A stretch of 64,000 nucleotides of DNA. Source: Podarcis pityusensis. Lineage: Eukaryota. Of the stretch, positions 35,632 to 48,267 are shown piece by piece. Numbering within the stretch: position 1 is the stretch's first letter; each line of letters opens with the position of its first letter. Below the pieces are notes generated by a model. It searched no databases and was not told the DNA's origin. It worked only from the letters and a program-made list of their open reading frames with translations. Location of the stretch: NCBI GenBank assembly GCA_964106645.2, contig OZ067051.1; one strand, given 5' to 3'. The position numbers were made by a program, and so were the translations under genes.

Positions 35632-36777
35632 TACCAACCCTAGCAAATATGGCCAATGGCCCGGGTTGATGGGAGTTGTAGTTCAGAAACATTTGGACGG
35701 TCACAGATCTCCCACGGCTGCTAGAAAAGGAGTAGCTATCCTGCCTCTACTGGAAAACAGGGAAATGAAACTGAATATACTTGAGAGAATTCCTTCTTAA
35801 GAGCAGTGGCATCACTTGCTTTTTAAAATAGTAAACAGAGATGCCCTTTTTACACATTGATTATTATTCTCTCATTAAGAATATAGAACCTAGCTAGATT
35901 GGCACATACTCATCTAATACAGCACCCAGTGTCCAGCAATGGCTATCCAGATTTATTTGGGAAGCTTACAAACATTTAAAGCCCACATTTAATTTAACCA
36001 GTTACTATCTTACTAGTACCTTTGTATCTTTCTTACCATAGTCTCACACTATGTTATTTACCTCTCTATTTGGCTACATTGATTTATGTTGCCCTTTCAG
36101 CTGCTTCGATTTTACACCGTAGAAGTTTGATTTGTAACCTCAACTGGTTCTTTAAACACTTCTAACCTTCTCACTGTTTGTTTCTCATGCATATTACTAT
36201 TGAGCTTTACACACTGTCTTTTAGGGTTTAGAAAATAACCCTATTTCTGTAGTTCTTGCAGTGCTTTTCGTCATTGATCTTTTGACATTTCGTAGTTCTT
36301 GCGCTATGTCCTACCCATTACTGTAAGATTTCAGCATTGCTGCTCTGAAAACCAGGTTTATACTAAACGTTTTAATACTGTGTATGCATTTATTTTGGAT
36401 TTACAGTCTAATGTGTTGGCTTCTGCTCTACCTTCACTTTCATCATATGGACTCTCTGCCAGTACTTCCATTTGTAAAAGGTTTTTGTTTTTTTTTAATC
36501 CATAGTTTGTTTTGTTTAAGGAATTAAAATGAGAACACAGATAGTAAGAGTCTACCCCAAAATGTTTTTCAATCATGATGGAACGTTTCGTTCTGGCCTA
36601 AAGTAGATCTGTCATTGGTTCCGTGTTAGGAAAGAGTTCCAAGATAGACCTTCCAAAGATAGCAATGCCTTTATACAAATCTGTGGTGTGACCACACTTA
36701 AGAGCACTGTTTTATAGACCCATGGTATGAAGTTGGCTTTTTCTCCTAAGCCGTTTTTAAGCACAGCCTGTTTGCAT

Positions 36778-36819
36778 TCAGGTATTTAGCCATGTTGCTC
36801 TGGTCCAGTCGAAATAAAA

Positions 36820-36854
<35 letters not shown>

Positions 36855-37281
36855 ATTTCCAGTAGCACCTTAAAGGGGTAAAGGGACCCCTGACCATTAG
36901 GTCCAGTGACCAACTCTGGGGTTGGGGTGCTCATCTCACTTTATTGGCTGAGGGAGCCCGCGTACAGCTTCCGGGTCATGTAGCCAGCATGACCAAGCCG
37001 CTTCTGGCGAACCAGAGCAGCGCACGGAAACGCCGTTTACCTTCCCGCCGGAGTGGTACTTATTTATCTACTTGCACATTGTCGTGCTTTCGAACTGCTA
37101 GGTTGGCAGGAGCAGGGACCAAACAACGGGAGCTCACCCCGTCGCAGGGATTTGAACCGCCGACCTTCTGATCGGCAAGTCCTAGGCTCTGTGGTTTAAC
37201 CCACAGCGCCACCCGCGTCCCCTAGTAGCACCTTAGAGACCAACTAAGTTTGTTCTTGGTATAATCTTTCGTGTGCATGCA
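36778..37281 (-). mobile_element. Second Penelope-like terminal-repeat unit, interrupted by a SINE and truncated inside the hammerhead
   Basis: TAGCCATGTTGCTCTG..(AAAT)n..TCCAGTAGCACCTTA[SINE]GAGACCAACTAAGTTTGTTCTTGGTATAATCTTTCGTGTGCATGCA matches 7227-7350. Confidence 0.8.
36873..37222 (-). mobile_element. Sauria SINE, full length
   Basis: Minus-strand head GGGGACGCGGGTGGCGCTGTGG, B box GGTTCAAATCC. 12-bp TSD AGTAGCACCTTA at 36861-36872 and 37224-37235. Confidence 0.93.
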
Positions 37282-39689
37282 GAAGTGGTGCTGAAAACAG
37301 CCCCCTTTTTCTCTTAGAAAAGATACATTAATACCTGCTATCACTTGGTCTTATTTTCATATTACCTCTGGGTCTATATGTTTTTTTAGGTCCCTGAAGC
37401 TTTCAATGTTTAAGTTTATCTGGATTTGAAAGAGTCAATCAATATTACTTGCAATGAGTAAGCAGCTTTCATGGTCTGATGACTCATTGATTTTAATACA
37501 ATTTGTTCTTTAGTCACCTGTTGATCATTCCTTATGATCATCAAGTAATATGTTCTGTGAAAAATCTTACTTAAGTGCATTGCATTAAATTATTGCAAAT
37601 TTGAATACTATATACTTCCCTCTGAAATGTATTGAAGTATAGAACTTAGGAAATTTACACAAAACTTTCCTTCCGATTTGACCAAGGAAAAGTGTAAGAA
37701 ATATTGCAATTTTTTTGCAGAATTGTTAGGTGAGTCCCTGTTTCTCAATTGGCATGAAGGTGCTATTTTTTGCTCTTGGTGGACTTTGATAAATAATACT
37801 TTTACCTTTAAGTTTTGTGGCTTCTGTGGCTTGATACTGTATCCAAGTATTTATTTTGTTTTATTATTATATATTTATTTATTTATACCCCACATTTTCC
37901 CCTGAAGGGACTCAAGATTGCTTATAGATAGAAACAAGAACCAGTAAAACTATAGAAAAATAAATCACTAAAACACAATTAAACAATGCTAGAATTAAAA
38001 CTATTTACATATATAAAATCTGTTTAAGACATACCAATAATCACAGTTTTGTACCTTACTATTTAATAAAATAAATGCTTCTAAGAATTCTGGATAATTT
38101 CAAACACAGCACAGAAACTTCCTGACAGCTACAGTTTTGCTTGTTTATTCTCATTTTTATTAATAGAGGTGATTATTTTTGAAAAAGGTTTGTTGGGAAA
38201 TCATTCATGTATCTTTCTTTCTTTACACCTTGAATGTGTTCACTTAGCAAAATATATTTAGTCTTTGTTGTGGAACATCTGAAAAGGGGTATGTGGTTTT
38301 GTGTGCCCATTTTTTTTAAAAAAGAGAATCCTAATGCTAAAAAAAAATTAAAAATAAAGTGATGGATTACTTTGAACACTGCTTTTCCTGGTAATCAAGT
38401 GTTTACAGAAAGATGCTTTGTTCAGACCCTTTCCTGCAGCTCTGTATGCTTAAACAAAGAGCTTTTAGATTTAAACACAGCTGTTCATTTGAAAATGAAA
38501 AATCAAATTAAGCGGAACCAGCTTTTGAAAGTTAATGCTGTATAGCGACTGAAACAAAAGAAGAAATAGTGTTGTATGTTTCACTTAAATAACTTCATTT
38601 TTAAAAAGTTTTTCAAATAAAAAAGTATGGTTTCAAAGATGCTCATCTCTCACATTATCCCCCAATAGAACATCTGTGCTCATTCTGATGCAGATGAATG
38701 ACAGGAATGAAACTAAAACCGTTGAACTGCTCTTTTTAACATAATTACACCTTGTTCGTTTTGGAGACACAATGCAGGGATGAAATGCCAATTAAGACTG
38801 GTATGTTAATGAGATTGAGACTGAATAGTGGATTAGTGTGGACACAAATCCAACTGGAATTGATTTGATATAATCCCTGAAGTTCGTTCTGTTTTAATAG
38901 AAATGTTATCACATATTTGAATGTCTCCAGTGGTGGAGTTTAGAAAAAAAAAATATGGACCTGTTTTGATTTGTTTTTTGTTACATATAATGCTAGTACA
39001 ATTCTAGTATAAATTGGATGGACATAGTTGAATTCTTTGCAATGTTCATTTGAAAGAATGCATTCAGTATGTGGCAGAGCTTTTTCCCATCTGTCCATTC
39101 AGAATACCCCTTTCAATGCTCCTATGATTGATACACACTATAGCTGCCTAGGACTCAGACTGGAAAAAGGAAGCTTCTGAATTGCCTTCAATTTCTTTTC
39201 CATGATAATGCTTTCTAAGAATTGAGATTCCATTCTTATAATGTTAAGATAACAGAAATATGCATTTAATAAAAATGGCCTATAATCAATGCGTGCACTT
39301 CTCAGTGTAATTGTAATTTTTGATTGTTTCATCCCCAAATACTCCAGTACAACCATGTATTTGGTTTTTCATTTTAAAATATGCACAATTTGACCCTTCT
39401 TTGAGTTGCGGTGGGTGGGTAGGCTCATTCTTTTAACGCTAAACCATGGCTTAGCATTAGATCCAAATGGTGACATTGCCTACTCTTGGCAGCAGTTCTG
39501 CAGGGTTTAAAACTGGAGTTTTTCCCGTCCCTAACTGGAGATGCCAGGAATTGAACAAGAAATTGTGTGCATGTAATGCATGCAAATGTGGCTGATTGCA
39601 TGATCAATATGGCCAGATCTTGTACAACAACTCAAAGACGCCAAAGCATTATTCAGGCAACGGATCTGTATATTAAAGACCAGGTGACT

Positions 39690-40200
39690 ACTAGGTTTGT
39701 ATACAAATACATTGATACAGAAGATTTTGAAAGATTAATGTTCAACTTAAGTTAGAGCTTTCCTGCTGGGCCTTATGGATATACAACTAGAAATAAAATA
39801 TAGAAGACTATGGCAATATATGACCACAGTGTTGAGATTGTTATATGCACGGAGATGGAAGGATTGCTTAATGCCTACTGTGGAATAATGGTTATTGAAA
39901 TTAATGGATTTGGCTGAGATGGCAAAGTTGATGTGTTTAATTAGAGAAAAGTCACTGTTAACATTTATTAATTATTGGAAACCCCTTATGGACTTTCTGT
40001 GTAACTAGGAAAATGAACTTGTGGTATAAAGGTTTGGAGACGGGGGGGGGGGGGCGGAGAGAGAAGATTGGTTTATTGGAAGTAGAAGAGTTTAATGTTA
40101 TTAGAAAGTAAGAATTTTATACTTTTTTAAAGAGCTTGATATTTGATATTTATCTTTGTAGAGTATTTTTTCATTGTTCAATCAATCAATCATTCAATCA
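39690..40200 (+). pseudogene. L1 ORF2 3' relic
   Basis: FLLGLMD...YMTTVLRLLYARRWK...W..KLMDLAEMAKL...W matches the L1 ORF2 C-terminus. Confidence 0.75.
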
Positions 40201-40369
40201 ATCAAAAGAGGACTTTATATGAAGTCACAGCGTGGAGCAGGAAGTGGACTTTGACCCTCCTCAGATATCTCTACTTGCTGAACAGAACCATATGTGTGAT
40301 ATAGAAATGATGATAGTAGAAACTTGGGTAATGTCTCCAGTTGCCAGATCAGCACCAATTTCTTGCAAA

Positions 40370-40421
40370 TGTTGTTGTTGTTGTTGTTGTTGTTGTTGTG
40401 GTTGTTGTTGTTGTTGTTGTT
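40370..40421. repeat. (GTT)n microsatellite
   Basis: Read directly from the sequence. Confidence 0.95.
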
Positions 40422-41701
40422 AGAAGCAGGAGGAGGATCAACTTTTTCTCCAAGCGTTGATGTAGTCTACATGTTAGGTTCAAATTTTAATAGCATTTGT
40501 GGTTTTTCCTCATTTTCAACCATGAGCAGAATGGTAACCGAGTGCAGTTTCTGGATATCTAATTTTGTTTTATGCTTTTACATTAATGCTTAATTTATGG
40601 AAACTGCTATCTCAGCATCTGTATGTTTTTAATACAGGCCGCCTCACTTCTGTACATTTTGGCTTGCAAGAGAAGAATACAAGGATGGTTTGTTGTGTGT
40701 TAGTGTAAAACTTGTTATTTGGTTTAGAATTGAGCAAGGAATACATTAGTTTATCAGGAGACATCGATTAACAGAGTTAAGGAGAGGGAAGGAGTGCCAA
40801 GTTATAAAATGTAACTTTTCTCTTTCATGTTTTTATAAGCAGGCTGCAGCTATGAACTCCATGTTTCTGTCTTACTCCCTTATATTTCTGTGAAGTCACA
40901 TGTGAAACTTACTGTGTGACCCTTAGAGTGGAGTCAGTCCCTCTAGTCTTAGATGCTCATACTGATTTGCGTTGGAATGGTTCCTGCTACCAGCTCTTGT
41001 TCACCTTTCCCTAGAGGATATCAGTACCAAAATCTGTTCTTTAAAGAGAGCAGGAAAAAATTGAATGCTTTTGTAATCCCAGATTCACTGTGAGTTGCTT
41101 TGTCTGTCTTGAATGCAAGGCATATAATTTTCAGAGAGAGGACCTGCTTTTGAACAGCTGGGGTTAAATTACTGTGCTGTTGGCTAGTGAGGCACTGTTA
41201 CATGTGGTGTTTTTTGTCACCTTTCACTTAAAATCAGATTGTCTTTACAGTATTCGTTTCAAAACAGGTTTTTGGTAATCAAAGCACAGTAGCTTTAATA
41301 ACAGACATTGCCTGTACAGTTGGTCTGTGGAAACTGTGGTCATTCCTTACATGGCTGGGAATGCTTCACTCCAGGCATCTGGTTAGATAAATCCCAGTCT
41401 TTATCTCTAAATATCTAGACACCAGCTGTGTATTTCCATCTCTGTTTCTACTTTTCTTGACTATATGGCAAATAATTTTTACAGGGTGGTTTCTCAGCAC
41501 AGAGCACCCCCTTCCCTCTGTGTTTTGAGTTTTGTCTGTAGATAGTACTGCAGGATATGAGCACTACTTGCTAATTACAACTGTGGTGTCTGTTTGTGTT
41601 AGTGGGATTTCCATGTGTGAACTCAGCCCTGTACATTGTGTGGCATTATTTTAAAATTGTGTTGCAAGCAATTTGACATGAAATAAAGAATTACGGAAAG
41701 A

Positions 41702-43095
41702 GACCAATGTTTCCTTACTGTGAACTTCTGTTCCTGGTGGCACATGGAGGACATTCCTCACCTGAGGACCTCCCTCATGCTGAGACAAGCAGGATCCAAT
41801 CTTCAATCTTCCCCAGTGGGAAGGAGGGGCCATCCTGCCCTCCACCCAGACTGGCAGTGCAAAAACACAGTGTAATGAGTACTGTGAGGGGTTGCAGGCG
41901 CCAGGCTCTGAGCACTGTGAGGGGTTGCAGGAGTCAGGCCCTAGCTATGCTGACCTTATACGAATCAGGTGCAACCCGTGTAAGCATGATTGGACTGCCT
42001 CTTCTCCCGCTTCCCCTTTGGATTCATGTTGGCTACTTGAACTGTCTTTGCTACCAGCGCCACTGCCTGTACCCCGGTCCTGGTGTTCCTGCCCAGGACT
42101 CTTGCATCTCACACCCAGGATTGTGACACACAGGAATTACTCATCTGGGGAACCCAACTGTAATTCAGAAAGTAGTAGGTGTAGAATGTGCAATGAACTA
42201 TATACATCACTAAGTATGAAGCTGCCATTAGGACACCTCACTAACTCCATTATCTAATACACTGCCAGAAACCCTAGAATTCTTGCCAAAATTCCCATCA
42301 GACAGCTGATCTTGAAGAGATGAGAGAGCTGTCCTCCATGTGCCACTGGCAACAGAGATTCATGGTAAGGAAAATCTAATTTTTCTCTAGTGCCACATGG
42401 AGGGCAGTCCTCACCTCAGGATACAGCAAAGCAGTTCAGTTCTTGGGAGGCTTCATGTGGAAACCACTTTCCACAGTATCTTATGCCCTAAATCTGCATC
42501 TCCAGAAGGAAAAAAGTTTTGGGCAGAGAGACATCAGCATTATACTCTATGAAAAAGAAATTTCACCTTTGGATAGAAGGCTGGGTCTGGAGAGAGTGCT
42601 ACTTTTTAAAAAAATTAAATACACCTAACTGCAGGTTTGAGGACAAGGTCCCCCCTGGCTGAAGTGATTGACATTAGAAACTCCATTTTTAATGTAAGTA
42701 GCTTCAAGGAGAATGTGGCCAATAAGTGCTGTCAGAACTTGGTTCAAATTCCACATAGGAAACCTATGGACTATTGCTGAATTTCTCTGAACTACTCGCT
42801 TAAGGAAATGCTTACAAGGGTGAGTACATAATACATAATTTCCTGTGTTCCACAAAGTTCTTGACATCTAATTGTGCTGGTACTAAGACCTTTGTCCAGC
42901 TGAGCTTGAAGAAACTCCAGCATGTCTGTGATGTCCCTGGATGCTGGATTCTGGTCACAACTCCTGCACCAATCCAGAAACACTCCATGTGGACCCATAA
43001 GCCCTATGTTAGTGATGCCAGTAGAGCTCCAGAACCAACTTGGAGAGCCCCAGTGTTTAGTTTCCTTGTTGTCAACTGGAAGAAGCCTGGGTGAG
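41702..43095 (-). mobile_element. DIRS-type tyrosine-recombinase retrotransposon relic
   Basis: Minus-strand YR remnants MLEFLQAQLDKGLSTSTIR, HPCKHFLK...PMWNLNQVLTAL, SITSAR, PDPAFYPKV. 41707-41760 is the inverted complement of 42323-42376, a terminal-repeat/ICR arrangement. Confidence 0.8.
41871..42128. mobile_element. Solo LTR (258 bp)
   Basis: TGTAA...TGACA termini. Perfect 5-bp TSD CACAG at 41866-41870 and 42129-42133. Internal 33-bp tandem repeat. Confidence 0.7.
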
Positions 43096-44387
43096 GATGG
43101 AGGACCTCCTCCACGAATTTATGTAAATTTGGCAAGATACTACCTCCCACCCTCAGTTTCTCATCTGTATAATAGCAATTGCTACATCCTACCTCACAGG
43201 ATTATTGTAAATAAACAATAGTAAAGTATTCAACAGATGCACTATGTGAGAATTGTACCCCTGACTGATTTCACATTACAGCAGTAATCAAAGTGATTTA
43301 TGGGAAATATTTTCTAGAAAAATAGTGCTAGGCTTAGCCAGCGATTTGAGCAAAGTAGTCCTTGCAGTCCCCAGAGACTCACCTTCACACTGTGAACTTG
43401 CTTGACAAGTTGACTTTTTTGTTTTAATTTTTATCATTGATGTTACAGCTGTATTATTAACGGATTCTCATTTACACATGTCAGAGGAGGAGAAAAATCA
43501 CCTAATTAAATGCTTTCCCCATAAGGAGAAGGGGAGGGATGTGGGCTGCCAATTTATTCTCCACTCCTTTCTCTTTCCCCTACCCCACTTAAATGTGTGA
43601 TTTACAACCACCTGTCAGATATGAGCTGTAAGAATCATTTTCTAATTACCATGATTTCTACCATGCCTACTTTGAATTGTTGGAGTTTTTCTGTTCCTTT
43701 TAAATTAGGAAAAGATTCCATTACAGCATTGCTTCAATTTCAGTGGCTCCAGTAAGAGCCTGCATCTTTTCAGTTTGTAATTGATATTCGATATACGTTA
43801 TTAATGGCTCATGGGCAAAGAACATGGGCAAAGAAAGCAAGTAAACACACTAATTTCAGTAATTTAACAACAATCACAATAAAGAAGAAGGGACAAGCAG
43901 TAATAACTGCCTATGTTGGGGCTGCAATATTGAAGTTGTTCATCTTCTGAAGCCTCTTTTGGATTGAATGTGAAGCTTCTACTTTCATTTTTCTGAAGAG
44001 GACAGTATGCCCCTCCTCTAACTTGATGGTTTCCCCTTAAATCAGAAGCTGCCCACAGTTTTCCTTTTTAGTTGACCGTTGCTAGCTTAGGTTTTTATAT
44101 TCAATTCTCCTGTTCTCTGAATCTCTATGGCCTGTGGTTGTTTCTGTGGAATTTGTGATGCCAAGTCCATGACTTAGTAGATTTATATTTGGAAGAGAGA
44201 ACTCAGGGCATACTTTGAGCATAGCCTTTATAGGCAATGAGTAAAGGTGGCCACAGTTCATCATTTACTATTCTATTTTGTACAGATAACGTTGTAAAGC
44301 CTACTGTGTCAAATAATGAAGCGACTAGTCCCCAGAGGTAGTAGTTCTGGATCAAGGATTTATTGAATAGCAGATCAGTAATAGGTA

Positions 44388-44637
44388 CAGTCGGACCTTG
44401 GTTGATGAACGACTTGCGAGTTGAACATTTTGACTCCTGAACGCCATAAATCTGGAAGTGAGTGTTCCAGTTTGCAAATGTTCTTTGGAACCTGACCATC
44501 TGATGCGGCTTCTGTGGCTTCCAATTTGCTGCAGGAGCTTCCTGCAGCCAATTGGAAGCCACACCTTGGTTTCTGAACATTTTGGAAGTTGAACAGACTT
44601 CTGGAACGGATTCCGTTTGGCTTCCAAGGTACAACTG
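44388..44637. mobile_element. Tigger/pogo-type MITE, family C
   Basis: TA|CAGTCGGACCTTGG ... CCAAGGTACAACTG|TA. Internal palindrome GGCTTCCAATT...AATTGGAAGCC. Confidence 0.85.
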
Positions 44638-46335
44638 TATTGGTTTTGAGATGGGAGGAGGAGAACAGGGAGATGCTGCATTGTATCAATCCTTACTGAT
44701 ACTCAGGGTGGAGCTGTTGAAATTAATAGATGTGACTGACAAAGGTTAATTGATTTCAGTGGGTCTACTCTGAACAAAACTTTGCTGGATATGACTGGTT
44801 TCAGCACTGGCATATTTGTCACTGAGGTTTTGAAAACACTTGTATTTAATTGAGAGGCAAAATGCATTTATTGATAGTAGCTCTTGCAAAGGAGAACTTC
44901 CAACCCATGGAGCTTTCTTTGTTGTGAACTTGCTGTTTTTGTTTTGGCCGCAAAACAACTGGTGACATGTGGGTATTTAAAATGTATTTTCTTTTCTTGT
45001 TTACACTCTGTCCTATTTACCTATTAAGTGGTGATTGTGTGTTGTTGCAAAGGCAGTCAAGTGTAAATTTCATTTTTTGCTTCATCTAATGCTACTGTTA
45101 GAGGTGGATTTACACATCTGCAAGTATTTGTTGACTTGACACAGGAGCGTGAGGATCGATAGGTAGAGTTGAAATATGTGGTGTTGTTTTGTAACGATAG
45201 GAATGTGGTCTTGATGTTCCCTGTTGATTACAGAACCATTTCAATTTCTACTGCTTACCCTTGTGCCCTCTGGTAACACTTGCCATAATTCCAATTTTGT
45301 GTTTATACTTTGAAAGATTTTTTTTACTCCAAAGGAGAGCCAGATTTAGGTGGGTTATTGGTAATGGCAGTAACAGGATTATTTTTCCTGAAGTATTTGT
45401 TTGCCTTGCGGATTCTGAAGATTCAAAAGATGTTGTTGAATATAAAACTAAACTTTAATCTAGACAATTTGCACAGACTTTGATAATGGAGTGAATAAAC
45501 AATGTAAGACACTATCATAATGTTCATAAACAAAACACTGGACATATTCAGACATCATGCTAAATCACAGTTAGCATAACAAGAACTTAATTATAGGTTA
45601 TATCCAATGTTAGTCCTTCTCAGAGGAGACTCATTAAAATCAATAGACATGGCTGTCTTAGGCCCAGTTATTTCGTGGGTCTATTAGTTAGATACAACTC
45701 TATTTTTTTTTAAAAAAATAATATTTATGACTTTTATAGATTACAAAGAGAGAGAAAAAAGCAAACAAGAAAAAGAAGAAGAAAAAAACAAAAGAGAAAA
45801 ACAAAAAGAGAAAAACAATACAATACAATACAATATATAAACAGTACAAAACACAACCTAAATTCAAAACTAAACACATTAAACTAAACTAAACAAACCC
45901 CACTCCCTAACCTTAACCCTGAATAGAACAAAACAAAAAACAATTTAAAAACATACATCGTCTCTTTTCCATACTCTATCTTTCATTCCCTTGTTTCCTC
46001 GACCTCCTCACACCTCCCTTTTTGTGTTCCACTTCTATTAATTGTTTCAGCAAATCCTTTCCATCTTTCTCCATTTTCTGTGATATTGTAAATAGCGTAT
46101 TTTTTAACCTTATTTTCCATTAAGACTAAAATACTTATATGTGCTTAACTCCTTATAACATTTCTGTTAAGCCCATAAAAAAAACATTAAAAAAAAACAT
46201 TCCACCATTTTTCTATCACTCATTAGTTTTACCATAAGTCTATATATAAACTTTAAATTTTCCAATCTTCTTCCACCCTCTCCTCTCCCAGGTTTCGGAT
46301 TCTGCCAGTCCTTTCCGTCAATTCCATAAAGTCCA

Positions 46336-47007
46336 TCAACCTGGTGATCTTATGTCCGAGGCTCTTAACTCTTTTCCAAGTCCCTTCTGCAGGTCTTCTT
46401 CATTCTCTTTAATGCTAAAGAGCAAATCTCGGGGAAACTCCAGCCTGTCAATCCTTTTCTTCCTTCTGAACAGATCAGCTAAATTTCCATAGTTAAAGCT
46501 ACAGTCCATAAAGTATTTCCGAGTATATTTCAAAATTCCTCCAATTCCAAAGGCCCCCAAAACTTCAATCTCCTCCAGGCCCGAGTCCATGTCCCAAAGG
46601 TCAGTTAATTCCTGCACAGAGGGCTCTTTCCAACTTTCCTTCTTTAATCCAAGCCGGGATCCATTCCTCGGAGTCTGACATTTCCTAGATTCAATCATAG
46701 AAGGCATCAACTTACAGTCCTCAATTTGCTTCTGTAAAACCACAGGTCTCACTTGTGTTATTTTATGTTCAGCAACAGCAGCATTCTCCTTCTCCTCCTT
46801 CTCCTCCACCATTTGTCCTGCCAAAATGGGTTCCTGTACCAAGTCCTGAATTATTTCTGTGTTGGTGTTCGCTTTTTGACTCAAGTTGGTCACTTTCTGT
46901 TCCAAATTATCAACTTTGAAAGTCATGTCATCCATCTTCTTGTGAAGCTGTCCCAGCGAACAGCTTATCTTGCATAAAACAGTCACAATGGCCTCTCCTG
47001 TCAACAT
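46336..47007 (-). CDS. L1 ORF1-like coiled-coil protein, 223 aa from the first ATG
   Basis: Heptad pattern LGQLHKKMDDMTFKVDNLEQKVTNLSQKANTNTEIIQDL in the ORF1 position of the element. The RRM region is diverged, so homology is inferred. Confidence 0.6.
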   Translation of the reverse strand: MLTGEAIVTVLCKISCSLGQLHKKMDDMTFKVDNLEQKVTNLSQKANTNTEIIQDLVQEPILAGQMVEEKEEKENAAVAEHKITQVRPVVLQKQIEDCKLMPSMIESRKCQTPRNGSRLGLKKESWKEPSVQELTDLWDMDSGLEEIEVLGAFGIGGILKYTRKYFMDCSFNYGNLADLFRRKKRIDRLEFPRDLLFSIKENEEDLQKGLGKELRASDIRSPG

Positions 47008-47859
47008 TTTTAAATAGTCCAAGGTCACTCTCTGGTTCTCAGAATCCTTATCAGCAACTGGAAATCCCCCAGTTATACTCCTGTAACAGTTTTAAAAGCT
47101 CCCTCTAGAGGGAAACAGTCTCCACTTGTATCAGTTCTTTCAAGCGCAATTCAAGCATTAAATATAAATTTTCAGTTACTTTTCCTCTTTTTTAAGCGCA
47201 GAAAAGGACAATGGAAACAGTATCTTACTCTTATTTAGCTAGCTGTCAAATCCGTTCTGTCAAAAGCACTCTCTCCAAACGTCCTCTGGCAGCCCGTTCC
47301 CAGGTTCAGAGCAGTGGTAATTTGATTTTTTCACTCTCTCCTGCAGGCTCACTAGATCCAAAATTTCCCCCTCTTCTCCTGCTTCCAAGGGGGTTTTTGT
47401 ATTTTAAACCGGTGGAAATTTGATCCTTTGCCAAAAGCTTTCAAAGGCTTTAACTTGTAACGTCTTTGCTTCAGTCTATTTACAAAAACGGGAGGCGGAC
47501 TTCCTGTTTATAACCTTCCTGTTTCAGTGCCGAATTAAAGTATTTAAGAATCCACTTTTCCGTTTTACTCACGAGTAGTTGTTTAAAGTCCAATTGTCCA
47601 CAGGAAAAAGTCAGCGCTCTCCGGCAACAGCAATGCAGCTTCACTCCGTGAAAGAAGCAGTTGATTCAAAGCACTGCGCCACTCACCCCACGTCGCTCCG
47701 GATCCCCAAAACAGGGTTTCCCCGCGAGTAGGGGAGGTGCAAAGGTGCCAGCTGAATCCCACGTCCACAGGCTTCTCCCGCCTGTGGTTTTTAATGGGTC
47801 TCCGCCTCGCTGTGGCGGTTCAGACCCTGTTTTCCACGGAGCGGATTCCTCCCAATCGG

Positions 47860-47898
47860 AGGAAATCCGCCATTGCCAGAGGCGCCAACCCGGAAGTC
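47860..47898 (-). promoter_or_regulatory. Putative internal L1 promoter motifs (ETS-like ACTTCCGG, YY1-like ATGGCGG)
   Basis: Both motifs lie in the first ~35 nt of the element, where L1 5' ends typically carry them. Confidence 0.5.
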
Positions 47899-48267
47899 TA
47901 GTTAGATACAACTCTAGTTGATCCTAGGTTTGTGTGCTTCTCACCCCTTCCAACGCAGACGTGAGAGGTTCTGAAGCTTTTACTCCTTTAACTTACGCAT
48001 GTAGCATGTTGTATTGTTGAAACTGACAAATTTCGGTTAATGTTACCTGTGGTTTTCAAACAACATGCTGGAGGGCCCCAACGTGGTGCTTTACAGATAT
48101 TTTGGACTCCAGCTCTCATCTGCCAATGTGGTCAGTGGTGAAGTATAATGGGGTTTATAGTTCAAAATGTCTAGACAGCACCAGATCATGCTACCCAAAC
48201 CTGGGCAATAAAAAGGGCTAACCGAATTATGCACAATATAAAATGCTTATGGCATTAGTGCTAAGAC

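Larger units (their letters stand above)
45703..47898 (-). mobile_element. Complete non-autonomous ORF1-only L1 derivative (HAL1-like), 2196 bp
   Basis: 18-bp TSD TAGTTAGATACAACTCTA at 45685-45702 and 47899-47916. GC-rich 5' end GACTTCCGG..CAATGGCGG. Coiled-coil ORF. About 90 nt of L1 ORF2 end, T-rich 3' UTR and A tail. No EN or RT. Confidence 0.85.
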
